Assembly (NCBI GenBank): GCA_964364225.1
Contig: CAYIKP010000002.1
Location: 1-54,488 of the forward strand
Length of the DNA: 54,488 nucleotides
Reading direction: 5' to 3'
Origin: an uncultured Candidatus Saccharibacteria bacterium
Lineage (GTDB): Bacteria > Patescibacteriota > Minisyncoccia > Phycocordibacterales > Zambryskibacteraceae
Shown: piece after piece, positions 1 through 6,560 of the stretch
Numbering within the stretch: the first letter of the stretch is position 1
Layout: the number at the start of each line of letters is the position of its first letter
The notes under the pieces: model-generated
What the model saw: the letters and a program-made list of their open reading frames with translations, nothing else
Told to the model about the DNA's origin: nothing
The model's database searches: none
Made by a program: the position numbers and the translations under genes

Positions 1-55
1 GGTAGAATAACAGTTTTCCAAACTGTGGGTGGGAGTTCGATTCTCCCATCCCGCA
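1..55 (+). tRNA. tRNA-Gly (anticodon UCC), 5' part cut off by the window edge
   Basis: Anticodon stem acagt(10-14)/actgt(22-26) leaves the 7-nt loop tttccaa (UCC at 17-19). T-arm is gggag-ttcgatt-ctccc (31-47). The 3' acceptor strand atcccgc (48-54) implies a 5' GCGGGAT typical of tRNA-Gly. No CCA is encoded. Confidence 0.75.
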
Positions 56-106
56 CAGCGAGGAGTGAGTCGTCTCGCAAAGGGGAGCTTTAGCTCTCAA
101 CTAGGA

Positions 107-146
107 ATGCAAATAATATAAAAATTTATTTTTATATTATTTGCAT
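107..146. repeat. perfect 18-bp AT-rich inverted repeat (hairpin, 4-nt loop)
   Basis: atgcaaataatataaaaa-ttta-tttttatattatttgcat; the two halves are exact reverse complements. No T-run follows, so it is not a classic terminator. Confidence 0.7.
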
Positions 147-225
147 GACGAAGTTGTATAGCGAAGCGGCCTTATGAGACGCGAACGACAAAGATGTATC
201 GGTAATCCGATACAATAATAGCAAC

Positions 226-972
226 ATGAAATTTAAGATTTTAATTTTAAGCCTTATATTAATTCCAAGTCTTGCTTATGCAGACTCTAGCTTTTTCTCC
301 TGGATAACTAACCTAAAAGTAGTTCCAGAATTAAGAAACAAACAAAAAATAATAAAAGAAATAAAAAAAGAAGCGGTCATTGAAATTGCGTCAACTAGCA
401 CACCAATTGCCACATCAACCGCTTATTTTTCTACAACCACAACAGCCACCACGACCTTCTCTCAAATAAAAGATAAGTTGGTTAATGCATCCAAAAATCT
501 GGTTCAAGATGTAAATTCTGAAGAATTATTAATTCAGATCACTAAATTAAAAGCTGAAAATGATGCTTTAAAAAGAACTGTATCTGGATTGCAACAAAAA
601 ATTATTACTCTTACAAACGAAAATAGTTCTTACATACAGAATATAGAGAAAATTAAACTTCAATCCACCCCTAAAGTATTGGCTAGAATAAAGGAGATAG
701 AATGGCTTATTAAGGGCCTTTTGGATAACAACTATAGAAATAAAATTGATGCAGAAGGTAATAAACAAGGCGAAATGGTTGTAAATATGGCATTTTTTAG
801 AAGTACTGGCGCAGATCAATTTAGAAGTTTGATAAAGGAATATGATGATCTAACAGGGACTTCGCTCGCTTTAAAATTTAAAGAAGTTGTTAATACCAGT
901 TCTTCACTGGAGCTGAAAAAGTTTGAAGAATTTTATTATTATTTTCTTTCTATAAGAAAATATCCGAAATAA
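226..972 (+). CDS. secreted coiled-coil protein, function unknown
   Basis: N-terminal signal-like peptide MKFKILILSLILIPSLAYA, a Thr/Ser-rich linker, then a heptad-like segment (LIQITKLKAENDALKRTVSGLQQKI). Followed by a terminator. Confidence 0.6.
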   Translation: MKFKILILSLILIPSLAYADSSFFSWITNLKVVPELRNKQKIIKEIKKEAVIEIASTSTPIATSTAYFSTTTTATTTFSQIKDKLVNASKNLVQDVNSEELLIQITKLKAENDALKRTVSGLQQKIITLTNENSSYIQNIEKIKLQSTPKVLARIKEIEWLIKGLLDNNYRNKIDAEGNKQGEMVVNMAFFRSTGADQFRSLIKEYDDLTGTSLALKFKEVVNTSSSLELKKFEEFYYYFLSIRKYPK

Positions 973-977
973 AAACA

Positions 978-1003
978 TAAAACTCCCCGAAAGGGGAGTT
1001 TTA
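978..1003 (+). terminator. intrinsic terminator
   Basis: aaaactcccc-gaaa-ggggagtttt directly after the 226..972 stop. Confidence 0.7.
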
Positions 1004-1039
1004 TGTTGAAGCGGGTCTTTCCGCTAAATCGAAGCGAGA

Positions 1040-1315
1040 TTACTTAACTGCGTCCTTTAATGCTTTTGCTGCTCTGAATTTTGGTACACGCATTGCTGGA
1101 ACAGAAATGGCAGCCCCTGTGCGTGGATTTCTTGCTTGTCTTGCAGCTCTAGTCTTCGTTGAGAAGATACCAAGGCCTGCAATTGAAACTTCGCCATTCT
1201 TTTTCAAAGTATTTACGATGCAGTCGATCATAGTTTCAACTGCTTGTTCGGAAGAAACTTTTGTTCCTCCAATCTTTGCGTGAACTTGTTCAACGATTGA
1301 TGCTTTATTCATCAT
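1040..1315 (-). CDS. hup: HU/IHF-family DNA-binding protein
   Basis: 91 aa. GLGIFSTKTRAARQARNPRTGAAISVPAMRVPKFRAAKALKDAV matches the HU beta-arm (RNPxTG) and C-terminus. Confidence 0.88.
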   Translation of the reverse strand: MMNKASIVEQVHAKIGGTKVSSEQAVETMIDCIVNTLKKNGEVSIAGLGIFSTKTRAARQARNPRTGAAISVPAMRVPKFRAAKALKDAVK

Positions 1316-1465
1316 TTTGTAATTTAACTTTTCTTATAAACGACCCGCTTTCCTAGTTTGTTTTACACAAACTAAAGATGCTCCAATTATAGACCTATCA
1401 AAAAAGACCGCAAGCAAGCCACATTTTGTAGTTAATGCTTGCCAAAATATGTATAATGTTTTCTA

Positions 1466-2995
1466 TTATCTAGCGAATTCTGTAATTCTAGTCTCTCTAA
1501 TGACAGTTACTTTTATTTCACCGGGGTATTTTAGGTCGTGCTCTATTTTCAAGGCTATATTTCTCGCCAAATCTTTCGCTTCCATATCTCCAATTGCTTC
1601 AGGGGATACAAAAACTCTTATTTCACGGCCAGCCTGTAGTGCATAGGCCTTTTCTACGCCGGTAAATTCTTGGGCTATTGCCTCTAATTCCCTTAATCTC
1701 TTTACATAGTTTTCAGCGGTGTCTCTTCTGGCCCCTGGTCGTCCGCCTGAAATCTGGTCCGCCACCTGCACAATTATTGATTCAATAGTTTCATATGGAT
1801 ATTCACCATGATGTGCCTGCATGGCCTTTACTATGTCTTCACTCACTCCAAATTTTTGCAGAATTCTTCTTCCTATTTCCACATGTGTGCCTTGAACCTC
1901 ATGATCCAATGCTTTGCCTATATCGTGAAGCAGGGCGCCTGTTTTTGCTACGTTTTCATCTGCGCCAAGCTCTTCCGCAAGCATTCTCGCGATGTGGGCC
2001 ATCTCTATAGAGTGTTGTAAAACATTTTGTCCGTAACTAGTGCGGAAGTGTAGGCGCCCAAGAACGGCTATTACTCTTTGATCAAGATTAAATACCCCAC
2101 ACTCATATGCAGCCTCCTCACCCTTTTGTTTAATTATTTGTTGAACTTCTAATTTGGCTTTTTCGACAACCTCTTCAATGCGCGCTGGTTGGATTCTGCC
2201 GTCTTTGATCAATTCTTCTAAAGCGACACGAGCTATTTGTCTGCGTACTGAGTCAAAAGAAGATAGGGTAATGGTTCCAGGGGTATCGTCAACGATTACC
2301 TCCACACCCGTTGCCCTTTCAAATGTTTTTATATTTCTTCCTTCTTTTCCAATAATTTTTCCTTTTATTTCTTCAGATGGAATAGGAACTGATGTTGTCA
2401 TTAATTCTGCCGGCACATCTGTTGCTAAACGCTGAATAGATGTAGCCAAAATCTCTTTTGCCCTACTCTCAAGCCTTTCACTGCCCTCCATTTCGAGCTT
2501 CCGTAGCCTTACTTCTATATCGCTTTCTGCATTTTTTTCTGCAATTTTTAAAACCTCTAATTTTGCCTCCTCTTTGCTTAAGCCAGATATTTTTTGTAGC
2601 TTGTCATGTCTTTCAGACAATAAAATATCCGTTTTTTCTTTAAGAATATCAATTTCTTTTATTTTTTCTTTAATATTTTCACTTTCAGAATCTAAGTCTG
2701 TTTGCCTGTTATCCAAAAATTCTTCACGCTTTAAAAGACGCTCTTCTAATTTGAGCGTTTTTTCTTCTTTTTCTTTTATTTCTTTTCTCGCAGTCTCTAA
2801 AATCTCTTCAGCTGTTTTTTCTGCCTCCGTTCTTACGCGAGATGCCTCTTCTTGGGCCTCAAGCATTTTTTGCTTGATATCAAGCTCCACTGAACCACGA
2901 CGGCCAAGAGAGATAATCCATCTCAAAAAATAACCAAAAGCAATACCAGCTGCAGCAGAAAGTGCTACAGCGAGAAGTACTAATCGTAATGACAT
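1466..2995 (-). CDS. rny: ribonuclease Y
   Basis: N-terminal TM helix, long coiled coil, KH domain (GKIIGKEGRNIKTFE) and HD domain (LLHDIGKA...HH). Confidence 0.92.
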   Translation of the reverse strand: MSLRLVLLAVALSAAAGIAFGYFLRWIISLGRRGSVELDIKQKMLEAQEEASRVRTEAEKTAEEILETARKEIKEKEEKTLKLEERLLKREEFLDNRQTDLDSESENIKEKIKEIDILKEKTDILLSERHDKLQKISGLSKEEAKLEVLKIAEKNAESDIEVRLRKLEMEGSERLESRAKEILATSIQRLATDVPAELMTTSVPIPSEEIKGKIIGKEGRNIKTFERATGVEVIVDDTPGTITLSSFDSVRRQIARVALEELIKDGRIQPARIEEVVEKAKLEVQQIIKQKGEEAAYECGVFNLDQRVIAVLGRLHFRTSYGQNVLQHSIEMAHIARMLAEELGADENVAKTGALLHDIGKALDHEVQGTHVEIGRRILQKFGVSEDIVKAMQAHHGEYPYETIESIIVQVADQISGGRPGARRDTAENYVKRLRELEAIAQEFTGVEKAYALQAGREIRVFVSPEAIGDMEAKDLARNIALKIEHDLKYPGEIKVTVIRETRITEFAR

Positions 2996-3114
2996 AATTT
3001 AATTTTTAGGGGATTTTTTGGCCTGACTTCCGTTACTTTCGTTCTGATTTTCAGCTTTTTAAGGGAACTTTTACACTCTACTCTTATTTATAAAGAGAGT
3101 CAAATTTAACCAAC

Positions 3115-3699
3115 TTACTTGTTTTTACCAGTAAAAACTTTGTCTATTATTCCGTATTTAACACCTTCTTCAGCATCCATAAAGAAATCACGATCAACAT
3201 CCTTTTCTATTTTTGATAGAGGTTGGCCAGTATTTTTTGAAAGGATTTTATTCATTGTTTCTCGATTTTTTACAATGCGCTTTGCACTTATTTCAATGTC
3301 TGATGCTTGTCCTTCTACTCCACCAAGTGGTTGATGAATCATTATTTCTGCGTTTGTTAAAGCAAATCTTTTTCCTTTTGCTCCGGCAGACAAAATTATT
3401 GCTCCCATTGATGCAGCGATACCAACTGCCACAGTAGATACGTTTGGCTTTATGTGGTTCATGGTGTCTAAAATTGCAAGACCTGCCGTCACGGAACCTC
3501 CTGGGGAATTTATATAAAGGGAAATATCTTTTTTAGGATCTTCTGATTCCAAAAACAATAGTTGGGCAATTATAAGATTGGCAACATGGTCGTCTATTGG
3601 GCCACCAAGAAAAATAATCCTTTCTTTTAAAAGTCGTGAATAAATATCGTAGGCGCGCTCGCCTTGGGGCACTTTTTCTATGACAGTTGGTATAAGCAT
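3115..3699 (-). CDS. clpP: ATP-dependent Clp protease proteolytic subunit
   Basis: 194 aa with [24 protein letters not shown], the active-site context GIAASMGA and MIHQPLGG. Confidence 0.93.
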   Translation of the reverse strand: MLIPTVIEKVPQGERAYDIYSRLLKERIIFLGGPIDDHVANLIIAQLLFLESEDPKKDISLYINSPGGSVTAGLAILDTMNHIKPNVSTVAVGIAASMGAIILSAGAKGKRFALTNAEIMIHQPLGGVEGQASDIEISAKRIVKNRETMNKILSKNTGQPLSKIEKDVDRDFFMDAEEGVKYGIIDKVFTGKNK

Positions 3700-3767
3700 G
3701 TCGGTAGTTTACTCAATCAAACAAATTTTGCAAAATTACCAAGACTTCGCGTATAGTTATTAAGCAT

Positions 3768-4466
3768 ATGAAATTTCACCGATTTTTCGTAAAAGATTCC
3801 CTTGCGGGAGCAAAACACATCCTTATAAAAGATGCGGATTTAATTCATCAAGTAAGAAATGTTTTGCGTATGACGGTAGGCGGTCAAATTGTTCTTTTGG
3901 ATGGCACGGGGCGTGAATATACGGCCTTTATCACTGATATAAATTTCAGAGGCATTACTTGTGACATTTTGAAATCTGTAAAAAGTTCCACTCTTCCTCG
4001 TCGCGAAATTACTCTCGCATTTTCTTTGATAAAAAAAGACAAAATGGAGTGGGTATTGCAAAAGGGGACCGAGCTCGGTGTTACACGCTTTCTTCCATTT
4101 ATTTCTGATAGATCAGAGAAGAAAGGCTTTAATAGAGAAAGATCGTTAGCAATTGTAAAAGAGGCGGTAGAGCAGTCTCAAAGAGCGTCAGTCCCTGTTG
4201 TGCGTGAGCCAGTTTCATTTGAAGAAATATTTTTTGAATGTAGAGGAATGGATATTTTTCTTTTTAATCCAAAAGGTCAGGAGGTTTCAACTGAAACAAG
4301 GGAAGGGGAGACCAGTGCGTGTTTAGTGGTGGGGCCAGAGGGCGGTTTCACAGACCAAGAAATTTTCATTGCAAAAAAACAGGGCGCACACATTTCATCG
4401 TTGGGCTCTGGAGTTTTGCGCGCAGAAACTGCAGCGGTTGTCGCCTCAACGATTTTTTTGGTATGA
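3768..4466 (+). CDS. rsmE: 16S rRNA (uracil1498-N3)-methyltransferase
   Basis: 232 aa. MKFHRFFV start, LIKKDKMEWVLQKGTELGV and the C-terminal GPEGGF...LGSGVLRAETA SPOUT motifs. Confidence 0.82.
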   Translation: MKFHRFFVKDSLAGAKHILIKDADLIHQVRNVLRMTVGGQIVLLDGTGREYTAFITDINFRGITCDILKSVKSSTLPRREITLAFSLIKKDKMEWVLQKGTELGVTRFLPFISDRSEKKGFNRERSLAIVKEAVEQSQRASVPVVREPVSFEEIFFECRGMDIFLFNPKGQEVSTETREGETSACLVVGPEGGFTDQEIFIAKKQGAHISSLGSGVLRAETAAVVASTIFLV

Positions 4467-4534
4467 CTTGCTAAATTTTATTTAGCGCGTTTAATACTCC
4501 GAAGATGTACATTCCCACTTTCCTTGAGGTTTAA

Positions 4535-4801
4535 ATGCGAATGGTTTCCACAGCGAAGTATCGGGCCGGAGAGGATATTGGCACTTGGGTCCGCGCAGTC
4601 ATCGTAAATGAGCTTGCGATTGAGGAGGGGGTATTAAAACCCGACGCTCGATTTGGACACGAAATCAACTCCGACAGTCTGGATTTGATTGAGCTTGAGC
4701 TTGAGAGGGTCTTCGACATCTGCATCTCTGATGATGATATCGATGGAATTAGAACGGTCCAAGACATGGTTTGGTATGTGGAAGGCAGACTTCCACACTA
4801 G
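4535..4801 (+). CDS. acyl-carrier-protein-like small protein (orphan)
   Basis: 88 aa. ELAIEEGVLKPDARFGHEINSDSLDLIELELERVFDICISDDDIDGIRTVQDMVWYVE matches the ACP helix II DSLD motif. GC is visibly higher than the flanks and the gene has its own terminator. Confidence 0.55.
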   Translation: MRMVSTAKYRAGEDIGTWVRAVIVNELAIEEGVLKPDARFGHEINSDSLDLIELELERVFDICISDDDIDGIRTVQDMVWYVEGRLPH

Positions 4802-4822
4802 GGGCCGGGTTTAGTTATTTAG

Positions 4823-4858
4823 AAACCGCGCGACATTTCTGTCGCGCGGTTTGTTTTT
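4823..4858 (+). terminator. intrinsic terminator
   Basis: aaaccgcgcgac-atttct-gtcgcgcggttt followed by gttttt. Confidence 0.75.
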
Positions 4859-4911
4859 ATTTTTGTTTTTCTAAGAATTCAAATAGGCCAAGTTAGACGC
4901 CGTTATGGCAC

Positions 4912-4940
4912 TTGACAAACCATGTGATAGGGTGTATACT
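4912..4940 (+). promoter_or_regulatory. near-consensus sigma70-type promoter upstream of the DGR target gene
   Basis: TTGACA (4912-4917), 17-nt spacer, TATACT (4935-4940). Confidence 0.55.
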
Positions 4941-4973
4941 AAAAAGAGTTAAGTCCTTTAAGAAAACCACCAC

Positions 4974-5026
4974 TTCGCCATAGCTTTTAGCACTCCATTT
5001 CTTGGAGAATTAAAAGCTATGGCGAA
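4974..5026 (+). promoter_or_regulatory. 16-bp perfect stem-loop in the 5' UTR of the DGR target gene
   Basis: ttcgccatagctttta (4974-4989) pairs with taaaagctatggcgaa (5011-5026). The loop carries ctcc..ggag. A second ctcc-tattt-ggag hairpin overlaps the GGAG just upstream of the ATG at 5077. Confidence 0.6.
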
Positions 5027-5076
5027 ACACACTCGGTGTTAGTCCTCTAGCAGGCTCCTATTTGGAGAAATAGACC

Positions 5077-5736
5077 ATGTCCACAAAAGACATGCTCGGT
5101 CCGCTTCCGCGGGCACTCGTCGGTGTGCCGAACAATCGGCAAGGTATCATCCTCGACATCGCCAACCGTCTCAACACGGATAGCGAATCGGGTGAAGTAT
5201 TCCACGGAGACCTCGCGAAGTTCGTGCGGTCGTGGAAGAAGACAGCGACCACGAAGCCCCGCATCCTCTCCCTCATCTCGGCTGGGCAGTCAATCGAGAT
5301 TGGTGAGATGGACGGCAGGGAGACGCTCGCCAAGGCGAAGGACGTCTTCACTGGCTACGTTGACCCAGATTTCAAAAACTACTGGGGACTCGACGTCGCT
5401 GGCAAGGCGACTGCGAAGACGCAAGTCGAGGTTCACGAGATGGTTGGCGATGCAGATTTCAATGGCATCTTCAACAGTCTCGAGCGTCCTCTCGACGAGC
5501 TTTGCTTGACGCAGGCACAGATCAAGCGCTTCGCTCGCGACAACCGCAACTGGTTGCGCACGGACGGCTTTGCCACAGTCTTCCTGTTCAAGGAAAACGG
5601 CGAATTCTTCGTCGCGCGCGTGGACGTCAGCGGCGGCCGGCTTAGGGTGTTCGTGCGCCGGTTCGAGGACGACGATGTCTGGAGTGCCGAGAGTCGTCTT
5701 CGTGTGGTGGTTCCGCAACAGACGCTTGGGGTCTAG
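5077..5736 (+). CDS. DGR target (variable) protein, 219 aa, no recognisable family
   Basis: The C-terminal 40 codons are the VR. A sample line hand-counts to about 62% GC against AT-rich flanks. GGAG lies 9 nt upstream of the ATG. No signal peptide or TM segment is visible. Confidence 0.85.
   Translation: MSTKDMLGPLPRALVGVPNNRQGIILDIANRLNTDSESGEVFHGDLAKFVRSWKKTATTKPRILSLISAGQSIEIGEMDGRETLAKAKDVFTGYVDPDFKNYWGLDVAGKATAKTQVEVHEMVGDADFNGIFNSLERPLDELCLTQAQIKRFARDNRNWLRTDGFATVFLFKENGEFFVARVDVSGGRLRVFVRRFEDDDVWSAESRLRVVVPQQTLGV
5600..5719 (+). repeat. DGR variable repeat (VR)
   Basis: Ungapped match to 6029-6148 (offset 429). It differs at 21 positions, 20 of which are adenines in the TR. It ends in the shared A-free 16-mer tcgtgtggtggttccg. 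Confidence 0.88.
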
Positions 5737-5766
5737 TACTCTTGACCCTTGGGTGCCCTGGCACTT

Positions 5767-5793
5767 GGGCCCTCGGAGAAATTCCGGGGGCCC
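5767..5793 (+). terminator. GC-rich stem-loop downstream of VR (terminator and/or homing-associated hairpin)
   Basis: gggccctcgga-gaaat-tccgggggccc (11 bp with one G:T), 31 nt after the target stop and 48 nt after the VR end. Only a weak T-run follows. Confidence 0.5.
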
Positions 5794-6028
5794 AATTCAT
5801 TTGTATAATAAATATGTGTTCATAAGAATGCTTCGGCTAAGGCTTGAGCGACGTGAATACATGAAGATATTTTTGAGAGTTTCGTCGGGTATGCCTTGCG
5901 AAAGAGTGGAAATATTTTTCATAACAAAAAATAATTTAGTTGGTGTTGTATGTTGGTGGACTTATATGTCCCAAGTGAGATTCAATCCTGAGACTATTCG
6001 AAGGATGGTGGTATGGATGGCATACAAC

Positions 6029-6148
6029 ACAAAATCTTCGTCGCGAACGTGAACGTCAACGACGGCCAGCTCAAGGTGAACGTGAACCGGTTCGAGAACG
6101 ACAATGTCTGGAATGCCGAGAATCGTCATCGTGTGGTGGTTCCGAAAC
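6029..6148 (+). repeat. DGR template repeat (TR)
   Basis: Read in the target frame it has six AAC and three AAT codons (..ANVNVNDGQLKVNVNRFENDNVWNAENRH..). It lies in a decayed, start-less copy of the target 3' end (open frame about 5992-6189). Confidence 0.88.
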
Positions 6149-6159
6149 TAAGGCTATTT

Positions 6160-6185
6160 CTCCCGCTATTTTGGCGGGAGTTTTG
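6160..6185 (+). terminator. hairpin plus T-run immediately after TR
   Basis: ctcccgc-tattttg-gcgggag then ttttgc. The avd-like stop codon (6166-6168, minus strand) overlaps the 3' end of the 5' stem arm and the start of the loop. Confidence 0.5.
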
Positions 6186-6547
6186 CTAGAAGACCTTTTT
6201 TCCATCCACCAAGCTGTCTGCCAATTTCTCCAAGCTGTATTAAAAAGGAGGAGTATTTTTCTGTTGGTATGAGTTTATTTTCCCACGCAAGTTGGCTAAA
6301 AAATTTTAATATATCGAGTTTAGTTATTGCTTTGTTGAGTAAAGGAATTTTATGCTCTAGTGATAAATAGCTTAGGCAAAACGTGAGTTCTAGTGTTTCA
6401 ATAAATGTTTGTTCGATTTTATTTCCAATTCCGAAACGTTCAACTTTCGGAAAATCACGATGTAAAGCTAGCCAGACCTGATATGTTTCTTTTATTTTGA
6501 GAATTACCTGTGGTAATTCTCGGGGGGGGGGTAGTATTTTGATACAT
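6166..6547 (-). CDS. avd: Avd-like four-helix-bundle accessory protein; frame lacks a start codon unless the C10 tract shifts
   Basis: The minus frame is open from 6552 to 6166. The product (..LPQVILKIKETYQVWLALHRDFPKVERFGIGNKIEQTFIETLEL..LDILKFFSQLAWENKLIPTEKY..LGEIGRQLGGWKKG) resembles Avd/23S-IVS four-helix-bundle proteins. No ATG, GTG or TTG occurs in frame. The ATG at 6547-6545 is out of frame by one nt across the homopolymer. Confidence 0.7.
6499..6531. repeat. 10-bp hairpin abutting a G10 homopolymer
   Basis: gagaattacc-tgt-ggtaattctc (6499-6521) followed by gggggggggg (6522-6531), in the avd/RT divergent region. Confidence 0.85.
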
Positions 6548-6560
6548 ATGTATCAAAATA
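6535..6560. repeat. 26-bp perfect palindrome containing both divergent ATGs
   Basis: tattttgatacat|atgtatcaaaata is centred on CATATG. The plus-strand ATG at 6548 starts the RT. The minus-strand ATG at 6547-6545 starts the short frame upstream of avd. Confidence 0.85.

Noticed and set aside
1-55. First reading of the partial tRNA as tRNA-Trp (CCA), because the string ttccaaa contains CCA and tRNA-Trp often precedes secE-nusG-rplK clusters.
   Set aside because: The only 5-bp anticodon stem (acagt/actgt) leaves the loop tttccaa, which places UCC at positions 34-36. The acceptor strand implies a 5' GCGGGAT, typical of tRNA-Gly.
5123-6052. Overlapping ORFs in the track (5123..5509 +, 5290..5718 -, 5570..6052 +).
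   Set aside because: They are alternative-frame shadows of the high-GC target gene, since GC-rich sequence suppresses stop codons. Their products are Arg/Ser/Pro-rich low-complexity sequence. The 5570 ORF also runs through the terminator hairpin and the TR.
5992-6189. The open frame containing the TR (..KDGGMDGIQHKIFVANVNVNDGQLKVNVNRFENDNVWNAENRHRVVVPKL..) as a second, paralogous target gene.
   Set aside because: It has no start codon and similarity to the target is limited to the 120-nt repeat. Its Asn-codon richness is what a template repeat shows, not a diversified copy.
6497-6547. TTG-started N-terminal extension of the RT (MRITCGNSRGGGSILIH) running through the G10 tract.
   Set aside because: Conserved RT N-terminal sequence begins at MYQNIISVENLL (ATG at 6548). 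The extension has no similarity to RTs and would overlap the divergent avd start region.
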